DNA of 29,444 nt from a virus (taxonomy: Duplodnaviria; Heunggongvirae; Uroviricota; Caudoviricetes): IMG/VR virus record IMGVR_UViG_2563366842_000005. One strand, 5' to 3'. A program made the position numbers and the translations under genes. Every line of letters begins with the position of its first letter. Positions within the stretch are counted from its first letter, which is position 1. The notes beneath the pieces were generated by a model. It had not been told where the DNA came from. It saw nothing but the letters and a program-made list of their open reading frames with translations, and made no database searches. Below are positions 1 through 9,849 of this stretch, piece by piece.

Positions 1-1143
1 CTATGCTGTTTTGATATCTACGATAACCCAGTCTTTACCACGATCATCATTGTATCGGTCGGTCATTTTTCTGGATTTATGGCCTAACAACTTTTGCGTA
101 TCCAGACCCTGTTCCCGATATAACCGTTCTGACAGAGATCGCTGCTCATGAAATGTGGGCGCAGTTCCTTGCTCCCATTTTATGCCACATTTTTCCCTGG
201 CCTTTTTAAAAGCCGTTGTCAGAGTATTTGCAGAAACCTGGTCTCCTCTGTTTGCTTGAGAGGTAGTGTGACGGTAATGGACCAGATATTTACTAACAAC
301 AGCATCCCTGCACTGAGATATAACTTCACGAAGGGTAATATTCAGAGCATCGCATTTCAGGTTAAGCGGAATAGCAAGTTTTGAACCGGTTTTTTCCTGA
401 GTAATGTGCAACATGTCGTCCCAGATATCAGAGAATTTCAAATTGCAGATATCACCTAAACGTTGTCCAGTAACAAGAGCAAGTAGCATGCCGCATTTTA
501 AATAGGGCTGCCGTCTGCTTACGCTTTCAAATATTGCCTGCCATTCGGGCAGTGACAATCTTTGGCGGTTTACTCGATTTCGCGGTTGTTTTGTTGCCTG
601 CGCTGGGTTAAATCCTGGCGGAACATGTCCTGCGTGTTGTGCTTCTTTGAAGACGTCGATCAACACCATTCTCACGACTTGCGCCATCCTGTTATGACCT
701 TCAGCCTTTACAGCATCAATTATTTCGGCAATATCAAGTGCGGTAATATCCTTGAGGTGTTGCATTCCACAATGCTCACGGAAAAGACGAATGGGTTTGC
801 CTTTTTGCCGATAGGAGTTGGGTCTTAGTTCATTATGTTGCAGCCTGTCCTCCTGGATAGAAATATATTTATCAAGCCATTCTGTCACCGTAATTTCTGA
901 GCGCCTGCCTTTCATTCTTTCCAGACGCTCATTGACGCTTAATATTTGTCGGGTACGTTGTTCAGCAATAATGGTATTTGCTTCAGTAGCAACTTGTTTT
1001 GCTTCATTCTCATCAGTTCCTAAGCTATGAAAACGACCGGATAGTGGATGTTTGTATTGCCAATATACCTTTCCGGTTCGCTTATCTAATTTGCAATATA
1101 AATTGGGTATAGAGATTTTGTGAGATCGGGGTCTAGCAGCCAT
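1..1143 (-). CDS. int: Tyrosine site-specific integrase (lambdoid Int family, not the lambda allele)
   Basis: 380-aa ORF with ATG at 1141-1143 (minus). C-terminal region shows tyrosine-recombinase hallmarks (HEQRSLSERLY, LLGHKSRKMTDRY). Sits next to an xis-like gene at the prophage left end. Window begins at its stop codon, so att is outside. Confidence 0.9.
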   Translation of the reverse strand: MAARPRSHKISIPNLYCKLDKRTGKVYWQYKHPLSGRFHSLGTDENEAKQVATEANTIIAEQRTRQILSVNERLERMKGRRSEITVTEWLDKYISIQEDRLQHNELRPNSYRQKGKPIRLFREHCGMQHLKDITALDIAEIIDAVKAEGHNRMAQVVRMVLIDVFKEAQHAGHVPPGFNPAQATKQPRNRVNRQRLSLPEWQAIFESVSRRQPYLKCGMLLALVTGQRLGDICNLKFSDIWDDMLHITQEKTGSKLAIPLNLKCDALNITLREVISQCRDAVVSKYLVHYRHTTSQANRGDQVSANTLTTAFKKAREKCGIKWEQGTAPTFHEQRSLSERLYREQGLDTQKLLGHKSRKMTDRYNDDRGKDWVIVDIKTA

Positions 1144-1369
1144 CAGCGATTATCCGTTGGAGTTTTGGGTTTGCGTTTATTGGGAGTTGCGGTTCTGCAA
1201 GCGTTCCTACAAAACGGGAATTTCGGTCAATCATCCAGTAGCGACCAACTTTTATAGCGGGTGGGGCCATCATTTTCCCTTGCGCGTATTTTTTCAGAAC
1301 TCGCTCACTTGGTGCTAAGTCCCCAAATTCTTCTTTAGCCCAGTCCTGTAAAGTGATTAGTCGAGACAT
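1133..1369 (-). CDS. xis: Excisionase-like protein (Xis)
   Basis: 78-aa ORF overlapping the int start by 11 nt. Strong SD (AGGAGG) upstream of ATG at 1369. Shares the LTLQ-W ... PP-K-GR pattern with lambda Xis. Confidence 0.75.
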   Translation of the reverse strand: MSRLITLQDWAKEEFGDLAPSERVLKKYAQGKMMAPPAIKVGRYWMIDRNSRFVGTLAEPQLPINANPKLQRIIADGC

Positions 1370-1508
1370 TTGTCCTCCTCTTAGCTGCTGAGGGAGTTTG
1401 TGACCGATATATCTGACATGATATTAAGCTCATGGCAGGTACATCTCTTGACTGGTCATAGAGATAAATTTAATGCTGAGAAATGCAGTATTGAATTTAT
1501 CAATTTTT

Positions 1509-1748
1509 CTATTTCCTGCGTATGGCACGTAACTTCTTAATGTGTTCTGCCGTTTCGATCTCTTCTGCTATCCGATCTGCATCAGCTTTATTCACAGGTT
1601 CAAAGTCATGATTAAAGCGGAACATGCTGGCGATACATGTTCTGCCTTTTCGGATGTAGTGAACTTTGTTGTAGGTAGAACGCAGGATTTTGCAGGGAGT
1701 GCCGTGGTGGTCGACGTACCAGGTGTTAGGAAAAATGATTCTGAGCAT
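1509..1748 (-). CDS. Hypothetical small protein (79 aa), early-left accessory region
   Basis: ORF with ATG at 1748 preceded by GAGGTG SD; co-directional with the pL operon. No family recognised. Confidence 0.45.
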   Translation of the reverse strand: MLRIIFPNTWYVDHHGTPCKILRSTYNKVHYIRKGRTCIASMFRFNHDFEPVNKADADRIAEEIETAEHIKKLRAIRRK

Positions 1749-1795
1749 TTTTACACCTCAGTTGGACGATGTTGAAATTTGCTGCTTTGAGGCCA

Positions 1796-2014
1796 TCACA
1801 ATCCCCATTGTTTGTTCTTAAGTTCGATCTCCTCCTGGCAACTTGCACAAGTCCGACAACCCTGAACGACCAGGCGTCTTCGCTCATCTATCGGATCGCC
1901 ACACTCACAACAATGAGTGGCAGATACAGTCTGGTAGTTCAGACGACGCATTTTTATTGCTGTATTGCGCTGTAATTCTTCGATTTCTGATGCTGAATCA
2001 ATGATGTCTGCCAT
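1796..2014 (-). CDS. TraR/DksA-family C4 zinc-finger protein
   Basis: 72-aa ORF with CxxC...CxxC (CCECGDPIDERRRLVVQGCRTCASCQ), typical of phage TraR-like proteins; GGAAG SD before ATG at 2014. Confidence 0.65.
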   Translation of the reverse strand: MADIIDSASEIEELQRNTAIKMRRLNYQTVSATHCCECGDPIDERRRLVVQGCRTCASCQEEIELKNKQWGL

Positions 2015-2067
2015 CTTCCATTAATCCCTGAATTGTTGGTTAATACGCTTGAGGATGAATGCGAACA

Positions 2068-2091
2068 ATAAAAAAGGAGCCTGTAGCTCCC
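2068..2091 (-). terminator. Rho-independent terminator-like hairpin within the early-left operon
   Basis: Plus strand aaaaaaGGAGCctgtaGCTCC; on the minus strand this is a 5-bp GC stem followed by a T-run, just downstream of the 2107..2412 gene. Confidence 0.45.
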
Positions 2092-2106
2092 TGATGATTT
2101 TGCTTT

Positions 2107-2412
2107 TCATGTTAACCGTTCCTTAAAGACGCCGTTTAACATGCCGATCGCCAGGCTTAAATGAGTCGGTGTGAATCCCATCAGCGTTACCGTTTCACGG
2201 TGCTTCTTCAGTACGCTACGGCAAATGTCATCGACGTTTTTATCCGGAAACTGCTGTCTGGCTTTTTTGATTTCAGAGTTAGCTTGACGGGCAATGCTGC
2301 GAAGGGCGTTTTTCTGCTGAGGTGTCACTGAACAAGCCCCATGCCGGAAAGCATAAGCACACAGAATATGAAGCCCGCCGCCAGAAAAATGCATTCTGTT
2401 GTTGTCATGCAA
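2107..2412 (-). CDS. Hypothetical protein (95-101 aa)
   Basis: ORF on the pL-operon strand. Track start at 2412 is TTG; first ATG is at 2394 (MHFSGGG...). No family recognised. Confidence 0.4.
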   Translation of the reverse strand: MHDNNRMHFSGGGLHILCAYAFRHGACSVTPQQKNALRSIARQANSEIKKARQQFPDKNVDDICRSVLKKHRETVTLMGFTPTHLSLAIGMLNGVFKERLT

Positions 2413-2596
2413 GCTCTCTCTCGTTTGCCTCTGCTTTCGCCGCCATCATTTCCAGCTTTTGTGAAAGGGATGCGGCTAACGTATGAAATTCTTCGTCTGT
2501 TTCTGCTGGTATTGGCACAAACCTGACTCCAATTTGAGCAAGGCTATGTGCCATCTCAATGCTCGTTCTTAACTCAACAGGAGATGCTTTGTGCAT
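2405..2596 (-). CDS. Small lambda early-left protein (orf63-like)
   Basis: 63-aa ORF, ATG at 2596, in the position of lambda orf63 upstream of exo; recognition from memory only. Confidence 0.45.
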   Translation of the reverse strand: MHKASPVELRTSIEMAHSLAQIGVRFVPIPAETDEEFHTLAASLSQKLEMMAAKAEANERELA

Positions 2597-2757
2597 ACAG
2601 CCCCTCGTTTATTATTTATCTCCTCAGCCAGCCGCTGGGCTTTCAGTGGATTTTGGATAACAGAAAGGCCGGGAAATACCCAGCCTCGCTTTGTAACGGA
2701 GTAGACGAAAGTGATCGCGCCTACCCGGATATTATCGTGAGGATGCGTCATCGCCAT
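2569..2757 (-). CDS. Small lambda early-left protein (orf60a-like)
   Basis: 62-aa ORF whose ATG at 2757 lies 7 nt downstream of the exo stop; overlaps the previous ORF by 28 nt, so one of the two starts may be wrong. Confidence 0.5.
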   Translation of the reverse strand: MAMTHPHDNIRVGAITFVYSVTKRGWVFPGLSVIQNPLKAQRLAEEINNKRGAVCTKHLLLS

Positions 2758-3428
2758 TGCTCCCCAAATACAAAACCAATTTCAGCCAGTGCCTCGTCCA
2801 TTTTTTCGATGAACTCCGGCACCATCTCGTCAAAACTCGCCATGTACTTTTCATCCCGCTCAACCACGACATAATGCAGTCCTTCACGCTTCATACGCGG
2901 GTCATAGTTGGCAAAGTACCAGGCATCTTTTCGTGTCACCCACATGCTGTACTGCACCTGGGCCATGTAAGCCGACTTTATGGCCTCGAAACCACCGAGC
3001 CGGAACTTCATGAAATCCCGGGAGGTAAACGGGCATTTCAGCTCAAGGCCATTGCCGTCACTGCATAAACCATCGGGAGAGCAGGCGGTGCGCATACTTT
3101 CGTCGCGATAGATGATCGGGGATTCAGTAACATTCACGCCGGAAGTGAATTCAAACAGAGTTCTGGCGTCGTTCTCGTACTGTTTTCCCCAGGCCAGCGC
3201 CTTAGCATTAACTTCCGGAGCCACACCGGTGCAAACCTCAGCCAGCAGGGTGTGGAAGTAGGACATTTTCATGTCAGGCCACTTCTTTCCTGAGCGGGGC
3301 TTTGCTATCACGTTGTGAACTTGTGAAGCGGTGATGACGCCGAGCCGTAATTTGTGCCACGCATCATCTCCCTGCTCGATAGCTCTCACGTCGATCCCGG
3401 TACGCTGCAGGATAATGTCCGGTGTCAT
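2748..3428 (-). CDS. exo: Lambda exonuclease (Red alpha)
   Basis: 226-aa translation ([40 protein letters not shown]...) is near-identical to lambda Exo as I recall it; overlaps bet by 4 nt as in lambda. Confidence 0.95.
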   Translation of the reverse strand: MTPDIILQRTGIDVRAIEQGDDAWHKLRLGVITASQVHNVIAKPRSGKKWPDMKMSYFHTLLAEVCTGVAPEVNAKALAWGKQYENDARTLFEFTSGVNVTESPIIYRDESMRTACSPDGLCSDGNGLELKCPFTSRDFMKFRLGGFEAIKSAYMAQVQYSMWVTRKDAWYFANYDPRMKREGLHYVVVERDEKYMASFDEMVPEFIEKMDEALAEIGFVFGEQWR

Positions 3429-4210
3429 GCTGCCACCTTCTGTTCAGTGGCTTTTTGTTTCAGGAATCCAAGAGCTTTCACTGCTTCGTCCTGTGTCAGT
3501 TCTGACGATGCACGAATGTCGCGGCGAAATATCTGGGAACAGAGCGGCAATAAGTCGTCATCCCATGTTTTATCCAGGGCGATCAGCAGAGTGTTAATCT
3601 CCTGCATGGTTTCATCGTTAACCGGAGTGATGTCGCGTTCCGGCTGACGTTCTGCAGTGTATGCGGTATTTTCGACAATGCGCTCGGCTTCATCCTTGTC
3701 ATAGATACCAGCAAATCCGAAGGCGAGACGGGCACACTGAATCATGGCTTTATGCCGTAACATCCGTTTGGGATGCGACTGCCACGGCCCCGTGATTTCT
3801 CTGCCTTCGCGAGTTTTGAATGGTTCGCGGCGGCATTCATCCATCCATTCGGTAACGCAGATCGGATGATTACGGTCCTTGCGGTAAATCCGGCATGTAC
3901 AGGATTCATTGTCCTGCTCAAAGTCCATGCCATCAAACTGCTGGTTTTCATTGATGATGCGGGACCAGCCATCAACGCCCACCACCGGAACGATGCCGTT
4001 CTGCTTATCAGGGAAGGCGTAAATTTCTTTCGTCCACGGATTAAGGCCGTACTGGTTGGCGACGATCAACAATGCGATGAACTGCGCATCGCTGGCATCA
4101 CCTTTAAATGCCGTCTGGCGAAGAGTGGTGATCAGTTCCTGTGGGTCGACAGAATCCATGCCGACACGTTCAGCCAGCTTCCCTGCCAGCGTTGCGAGTG
4201 CTGTACTCAT
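3425..4210 (-). CDS. bet: Red beta single-strand annealing protein
   Basis: 261-aa translation ([37 protein letters not shown]...) matches lambda Bet; exo-bet-gam order conserved. Confidence 0.95.
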   Translation of the reverse strand: MSTALATLAGKLAERVGMDSVDPQELITTLRQTAFKGDASDAQFIALLIVANQYGLNPWTKEIYAFPDKQNGIVPVVGVDGWSRIINENQQFDGMDFEQDNESCTCRIYRKDRNHPICVTEWMDECRREPFKTREGREITGPWQSHPKRMLRHKAMIQCARLAFGFAGIYDKDEAERIVENTAYTAERQPERDITPVNDETMQEINTLLIALDKTWDDDLLPLCSQIFRRDIRASSELTQDEAVKALGFLKQKATEQKVAA

Positions 4211-4215
4211 CCGTT

Positions 4216-4632
4216 TTATACCTCTGAATCAATATCAACCTGGTGGTGAGCAATGGTTTCAACCATGTACCGGATGTGTTCTGCCATGCGCTCCTGAAAC
4301 TCAACATCGTCATCAAACGCACGGGTAATGGCTTTTTTGCTGGCCCCGTGGCGTTGCAAATGATCGATGCATAGCGATTCAAACAGGTGCTGGGGCAGGC
4401 CTTTTTCCATGTCGTCTGCCAGTTCTGCCTCTTTCTCTTCACGGGCGATCTGCTGGTAGTGACGCGCCCAGCTCTGAGCCTCAAGACGATCCTGAATGTA
4501 ATAAGCGTTCATGGCTGAACTCCTGAAATAGCTGTGAAAATATCGCCCGCGAAATGCCGGGCTGATTAGGAAAACAGGAAAGGGGGTTAGTGAATGCTTT
4601 TGCTTGATCTCAGTTTCAGTATTAATATCCAT
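4216..4632 (-). CDS. gam: Gam, RecBCD inhibitor (long form; internal Met gives the GamS form)
   Basis: 138-aa translation containing [47 protein letters not shown], matching lambda Gam. Confidence 0.9.
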   Translation of the reverse strand: MDINTETEIKQKHSLTPFPVFLISPAFRGRYFHSYFRSSAMNAYYIQDRLEAQSWARHYQQIAREEKEAELADDMEKGLPQHLFESLCIDHLQRHGASKKAITRAFDDDVEFQERMAEHIRYMVETIAHHQVDIDSEV

Positions 4633-4730
4633 TTTTTATAAGCGTCGACGGCCTCACGAAACATCTTTTCATCGCCAATAAAAGTGGCGATAGTGAATTT
4701 AGTCTGGATAGCCATAAGTGTTTGATCCAT
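4587..4730 (-). CDS. kil: Kil, host cell-division inhibitor
   Basis: Internal ATG at 4728-4730 gives 47 aa [47 protein letters not shown], matching lambda Kil; the 89-aa track ORF is an upstream extension. Confidence 0.8.
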   Translation of the reverse strand: MDQTLMAIQTKFTIATFIGDEKMFREAVDAYKKWILILKLRSSKSIH

Positions 4731-4863
4731 TTTTTGGGACTCCTGGCTGATTAAGTATGTCGATAAGGCGTTTCCATCCGTCACGTAATTTACGGGTGAT
4801 TCGTTCAAGTAAAGATTCGGAAGGGCAGCCAGCAACAGGCCACCCTGCAATGGCATATTGCAT
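4699..4863 (-). CDS. cIII: CIII, FtsH/HflB protease inhibitor
   Basis: Not in the ORF track (<60 aa). Minus-strand ATG at 4861-4863 translates to [54 protein letters not shown], matching lambda CIII; overlaps kil in another frame as in lambda. Confidence 0.85.
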   Translation of the reverse strand: MQYAIAGWPVAGCPSESLLERITRKLRDGWKRLIDILNQPGVPKNGSNTYGYPD

Positions 4864-4935
4864 GGTGTGCTCCTTATTTATACATAACGAAAAACGCCTC
4901 GAGTGAAGCGTTATTGGTATGCGGTAACGCCGCGC

Positions 4936-5304
4936 TCAGGCGGCTTTGATAGTCATATCATCTGAATCAAATATTCCTGATGTATCGATATCGGTAATTC
5001 TTATTCCTTCGCTACCATCCATTGGAGGCCATCCTTCCTGACCATTTCCATCATTCCAGTCGAACTCACACACAACACCATATGCATTTAAGTCGCTTGA
5101 AATTGCTATAAGCAGAGCATGTTGCGCCAGCATGATTAATACAGCATTTAATACAGAGCCGTGTTTATTGAGTCGGTATTCAGAGTCTGACCAGAAATTA
5201 TTAATCTGGTGAAGTTTTTCCTCTGTCATTACGTCATGGTCGATTTCAATTTCTATTGATGCTTTCCAGTCGTAATCAATGATGTATTTTTTGATGTTTG
5301 ACAT
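4936..5304 (-). CDS. ea10: Ea10-like early protein
   Basis: 122-aa acidic protein in the lambda ea10 position between cIII and sieB; sequence recognised from memory as lambda Ea10. Confidence 0.7.
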   Translation of the reverse strand: MSNIKKYIIDYDWKASIEIEIDHDVMTEEKLHQINNFWSDSEYRLNKHGSVLNAVLIMLAQHALLIAISSDLNAYGVVCEFDWNDGNGQEGWPPMDGSEGIRITDIDTSGIFDSDDMTIKAA

Positions 5305-5322
5305 CTATTCATATCCTCACAG

Positions 5323-5350
5323 ATAAAAAATCGCCCTCACATTGGAGGGC
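5323..5350 (-). terminator. tL-like rho-independent terminator in the leftward early operon
   Basis: Plus strand aaaaaatcGCCCTCacattgGAGGGC; on the minus strand a 6-bp stem is followed by a 6-T run, between sieB and ea10. Confidence 0.5.
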
Positions 5351-5564
5351 AAAGAAGATTTCCAATAATCAGAACAAGTCGGCTCCTGTTTAGTTACGAG
5401 CGACATTGCTCAGTGTATTCACTCGTTGGAATGAATACACAGTGCAGTGTTTATTAGTATGCCTGTCTTTTAACCACATCAGGCTCGGTGGTTCTCGTGT
5501 ACCCCTACAGCGAGAAATCGGATAAACTCTATTCACCCCTACAGAGAGCAAAAGAGAAACGCCG

Positions 5565-6146
5565 ATGAACAACTCATGGTGGCAGGAACTAATGCATTTT
5601 TTCCTGCAAGGAATGACACTTAAACAGTTGATTCATATGCTAATCATCCTGATCATATTGATTATTGTTATGCCTGTAAGCGTAAAAGAATGGATAAACC
5701 TGCATAATCCAGAAATCCTTCCTCATTACTGGATGTATTACATCCTGTTGTTTTGCGTTAGCTATGTGCTTAACGGCGTTGTTAATTCCGCTTATCACGC
5801 TGTGACTGTAAGAATTGAGATATTCGCTGCTCAGAAGCGCAAATCTAAAGAAGAGAAATACGTGCAAGATTTGTTTGATTCGTTAACTCTTGGAGAAAGA
5901 GCGTATTTGGCATTCGCTGTAGCCGCTAATAACCAGCTAAAGACAGAAAAGGGAAGCCCTGAAGCAATCTCATTGCTCGAAAAAGGGCTTCTTATTCGGG
6001 TACCTTCTGCTACTGGATATCCTGAAATCGACCGTTTTGTTATCCCGGAACGCTATAGAAATGAGTGCTACATTAGGTTTGCTGGGAAGAAAGACAGTCT
6101 TATGGATGAACTTATCGCTCAGGATAAGCATGGCAAAAACAAGTAA
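5565..6146 (+). CDS. sieB: Superinfection exclusion protein B
   Basis: 193-aa ORF on the strand opposite the pL operon, between ea10 and N as in lambda; hydrophobic segments (LIHMLIILIILIIVMPV, YWMYYILLFCVSYVLNGVV); recognised as lambda SieB. Confidence 0.8.
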   Translation: MNNSWWQELMHFFLQGMTLKQLIHMLIILIILIIVMPVSVKEWINLHNPEILPHYWMYYILLFCVSYVLNGVVNSAYHAVTVRIEIFAAQKRKSKEEKYVQDLFDSLTLGERAYLAFAVAANNQLKTEKGSPEAISLLEKGLLIRVPSATGYPEIDRFVIPERYRNECYIRFAGKKDSLMDELIAQDKHGKNK

Positions 6147-6162
6147 TTAGCAAATGAATTTA

Positions 6163-6471
6163 TCATCTCGCCGTCAGTTGTTTTGATTTCCGGTAGCCTG
6201 CCGCGTAAATAGCTACGTTTGGCAGGCAAACACTTCCACTGCATTCATCTACTTTCTTGCAGCGAAGGCTTCCGAGTGATATTGCTTTTTCAGAAAGGCT
6301 TAACCGCTTTCTCGGGTCTTCCTGAACAGGTTCCTCACTGTCTGTGCCGAAGATCGAATCGATGATGTTGCAGATGGAATCACGCTCGATGGCCAGCTTT
6401 CTGCGCCGCTCATGACGGCGAGTTTTGGCATTTCCTGCAAATGTTGATTTTCCGTACACGATTACCGTCAT
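6163..6471 (-). CDS. N: N-type transcription antiterminator (non-lambda allele with arginine-rich motif)
   Basis: Start re-set to ATG at 6469-6471 (GAGGAA SD upstream), giving 102 aa MTVIVYGKSTFAGNAKTRRHERRRKLAIERD...; arginine-rich motif near the N terminus as in N proteins; first gene downstream of nutL. Track start at 6555 is GTG. Confidence 0.8.
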   Translation of the reverse strand: MTVIVYGKSTFAGNAKTRRHERRRKLAIERDSICNIIDSIFGTDSEEPVQEDPRKRLSLSEKAISLGSLRCKKVDECSGSVCLPNVAIYAAGYRKSKQLTAR

Positions 6472-6587
6472 GATGTTTTCCTCATGTGAAATGGCTTTGG
6501 TGGTGATGCGCCAGATGCTGATCTTCTGGTTGCTGTCGTTACTGCTGCAATTCACATCACCCCAAACCCATCTCGTTTGGTATCTGT

Positions 6588-6626
6588 TCGCGCTTTGTCA
6601 GCGCATCATCGAAGTTAAAGAGCCTG
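6588..6626 (-). promoter_or_regulatory. nutL (boxA plus boxB hairpin)
   Basis: Minus strand reads GCTCTTTAAC (boxA-like) followed by hairpin GCGCtgacaaaGCGC; boxB loop shares GACAA with the nutR candidate. Confidence 0.55.
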
Positions 6627-6880
6627 CCAATCTGTTCCGTTTGGCTGCCAGCGTCCTGCTGATGGCGATTATAATGAACCAATAGTTCGATATTATCAAG
6701 AACTATAAGTACGAATTGTTTGTGGTTCATTAACTTAATGAGATATGTTTTTGATATGTAAAGGAATTTATTTTTGTAAAGATTGAAGATTGGTCAGTAG
6801 GAGAGAAAGAATTGTTTGCTGGCGTGTTAGTTCGTGGGTTAGCACATGTGCGGATGTTAAATAAGGTAGACGATCGTGAG
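6627..6880 (-). promoter_or_regulatory. pL/OL region (promoter and operators, not resolved)
   Basis: AT-rich 250 bp between the rex-slot terminator and nutL. Contains a TATAAT-like hexamer near 6668-6675 and an AGTACGA motif (6709-6715) also present twice in the cI-cro intergenic region. Confidence 0.4.
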
Positions 6881-6908
6881 GAAAAGAAAAACCGGCGCTG
6901 AGGCCGGG
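6881..6908 (-). terminator. Rho-independent terminator after the rex-slot gene
   Basis: Plus strand gaaaagaaaaaCCGGCgctgagGCCGG; on the minus strand a GC stem is followed by TTTTTCTTTTC, starting 6 nt after the stop codon at 6914-6916. Confidence 0.55.
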
Positions 6909-6913
6909 TATAA

Positions 6914-7813
6914 TTATTTGATTATTTCTTTTATAAAGACTTCTTTCGGTTGGTATTTTTTATCTGATGATTTGAGCTGGTACGTTATTGTTATATCAGC
7001 ACGTACAGAAAATTTACCTGCAAAATCTGATGGGTTTACGTTGGGGCCAAGAACCATATTTACTCTTCGATCTATTAATCCAGGGATAACAGCAGCCCAA
7101 CCTTTCTCTGGATTGTCGAGGTCTAATGCACGGATTTCAACATCAACATCAAAATGATCCTGAGTATATGACTCTGGTGTGAAGACAACTTCAGTTGGGG
7201 CTTTTTTAATGGTTTCAGCGGGAATGGTCACTGTACCACCCCCTGTACCTATGACCATCGTAGATCCTTCGTCTGCCCTAGCTGGGGCAAGCGTCTTAAT
7301 GGAACTTTTGGCAAGAGTCTTCTTATTGGTTACCGTGCTTTCTATGATTGCTTGAAGACGGTCAGGTGAAATATTAGCCTCACCGGCACCAATATTGATG
7401 ATTGTATTGTTATTTGCTTCAAAGTGGGAGGTGTTGCTTGGAGCCATAGCCTTAGTTGCTAGAACTAAGCCATATCCAACCAGACCAATAACAACAGCAC
7501 CAACGAGAGCGTTTCTCATTTTCCCATTTCCGATCTTTGCATGAGCGCCAGCAAGAAACTTGTCCATTTCTTCTTGGCTACCAAAGAGGAGTTTAATAAC
7601 AATATCTTCATAAAGGCTTCCTGCTTCTAATCGCGCAACATGCACCGATATATCAAGGATATTAGCCCCTGTCAGTTCCTGCAAAACACCTTCTGATTGT
7701 TTTGCGATGGCCTCCCACCCTTGAAGGGAGGTAATCACATCTTTGATGCTTACAGGTTCTTTAGTTGAATAATATATGTTTTCGGTAAAGGTTAAAGATA
7801 ATTCTTGGGACAT
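6914..7813 (-). CDS. Uncharacterised 299-aa single-pass membrane protein in the rexAB slot (candidate superinfection-exclusion or abortive-infection protein)
   Basis: ATG at 7811-7813 with GAGGG SD. About 100-aa N-terminal soluble region, one hydrophobic helix (ALVGAVVIGLVGYGLVLAT, residues about 102-120, lysine/arginine on the N side), then a 175-aa Thr/Gly/Ala-rich C-terminal domain. Visibly AT-rich versus flanking phage DNA. Co-directional with cI, between cI and pL/OL. No family or kinase motifs recognised. Confidence 0.7.
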   Translation of the reverse strand: MSQELSLTFTENIYYSTKEPVSIKDVITSLQGWEAIAKQSEGVLQELTGANILDISVHVARLEAGSLYEDIVIKLLFGSQEEMDKFLAGAHAKIGNGKMRNALVGAVVIGLVGYGLVLATKAMAPSNTSHFEANNNTIINIGAGEANISPDRLQAIIESTVTNKKTLAKSSIKTLAPARADEGSTMVIGTGGGTVTIPAETIKKAPTEVVFTPESYTQDHFDVDVEIRALDLDNPEKGWAAVIPGLIDRRVNMVLGPNVNPSDFAGKFSVRADITITYQLKSSDKKYQPKEVFIKEIIK

Positions 7814-7926
7814 CCGAGCCCTCGCTGTTTCTTTCGATTTGCTGTGTTAAGCTAATATTTTAATATCCATGTTTCTGTTTGCTTGCAGTGTGTTTCTCAC
7901 CACCATCCAAACGTACTGGTTACTAG

Positions 7927-9121
<1,195 letters not shown>

Positions 9122-9141
9122 CTAGCTATGTGATGATGAAG

Positions 9142-9849
9142 TCATGAACTTTTCAGCCATTCCCTGGCCTCGATGTCATCTAGGTGGCGAGATTGCTTCA
9201 GAATACCAGCTACATACTCCACCTTTGCTACTTGATGATAAGGCAACGTTATTGGCCTGTGGTCTTGGTTGATGCTTGTAAATTGGTATTCTCCGTCTCT
9301 GTCATAGCCAAGAACCTTGATCATGTTGTGCCCTTCAATGGTTCTGACAAACACCTCATCACCTGGGAATACTTTGGTGTTAGGCTCAATGAGTACATAT
9401 TCTCCTGATTTTATTCTGGGCCACATGCTGTCTCCTTTTACACGAAGACCAAAGGCATCTGGATCATCGCTATAAATCTTGAGCCACCCATCGCGCTCTT
9501 CGGTCATCTCGATGGCACCATCAACACCAAGAATTGCCTCACCAACCACGCGCACTAACCCTTTTTTTAATTTGCCAACAATTGAAAAAGTATCTTCATC
9601 ATTCGCTCCATTTAACGAAGTGCCGTGCTGAAGCCAAACAACATCAACGTTTAGAAATTTCGCAAGCGCATTCATTTTTTCCTGGCGTGGTAAAGACTCA
9701 GCATTAAACCATTTGCTAACGCCTTTGGACGAAAGAGAAAGGGCACGGGCTATGGCCATTCCCCTACCATGTTCATCAAGACCAGCTTCTTTACAGGCTT
9801 GCGCTAGCCGCTGGGCGAATTCTTTGCGCACTTTTTCATTCTGAACCAT
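9142..9849 (-). CDS. cI: CI-type prophage repressor (HTH plus LexA-like S24 autopeptidase domain)
   Basis: 235-aa ORF divergent from cro. N-terminal HTH region and C-terminal S24 motifs (GDSMWP serine region, lysine further downstream). ATG at 9847-9849 has no SD, consistent with a leaderless pRM-type transcript. Confidence 0.9.
   Translation of the reverse strand: MVQNEKVRKEFAQRLAQACKEAGLDEHGRGMAIARALSLSSKGVSKWFNAESLPRQEKMNALAKFLNVDVVWLQHGTSLNGANDEDTFSIVGKLKKGLVRVVGEAILGVDGAIEMTEERDGWLKIYSDDPDAFGLRVKGDSMWPRIKSGEYVLIEPNTKVFPGDEVFVRTIEGHNMIKVLGYDRDGEYQFTSINQDHRPITLPYHQVAKVEYVAGILKQSRHLDDIEAREWLKSS

Noticed and set aside
1-30. Attachment site (attL) and tRNA integration target
   Set aside because: The window begins exactly at the int stop codon, so the att core and any tRNA lie outside; no tRNA-like structure was recognised in the window.
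2548-2874. 108-aa plus-strand ORF
   Set aside because: Antisense to the orf60a-like gene and the 3' end of exo in a tightly packed leftward operon; no SD; likely a six-frame artefact.
3331-4328. Several plus-strand ORFs (88-158 aa) inside bet and gam
   Set aside because: Entirely antisense to well-supported Red genes; no independent start signals.
5390-5867. 60-aa and 75-aa minus-strand ORFs around the sieB start
   Set aside because: They overlap the sieB promoter and coding region antisense; neither resembles ral or any known lambda protein.
6876-7157. 93-aa plus-strand ORF
   Set aside because: Antisense to the 3' end of the rex-slot gene and its terminator; low-complexity translation.
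6914-7813. Possibility that the rex-slot gene is a eukaryotic-like kinase, as reported for the immunity region of some Stx phages
   Set aside because: No glycine-loop, HRD or DFG kinase motifs in the translation; it has one hydrophobic helix instead, so it is treated as an uncharacterised membrane protein.
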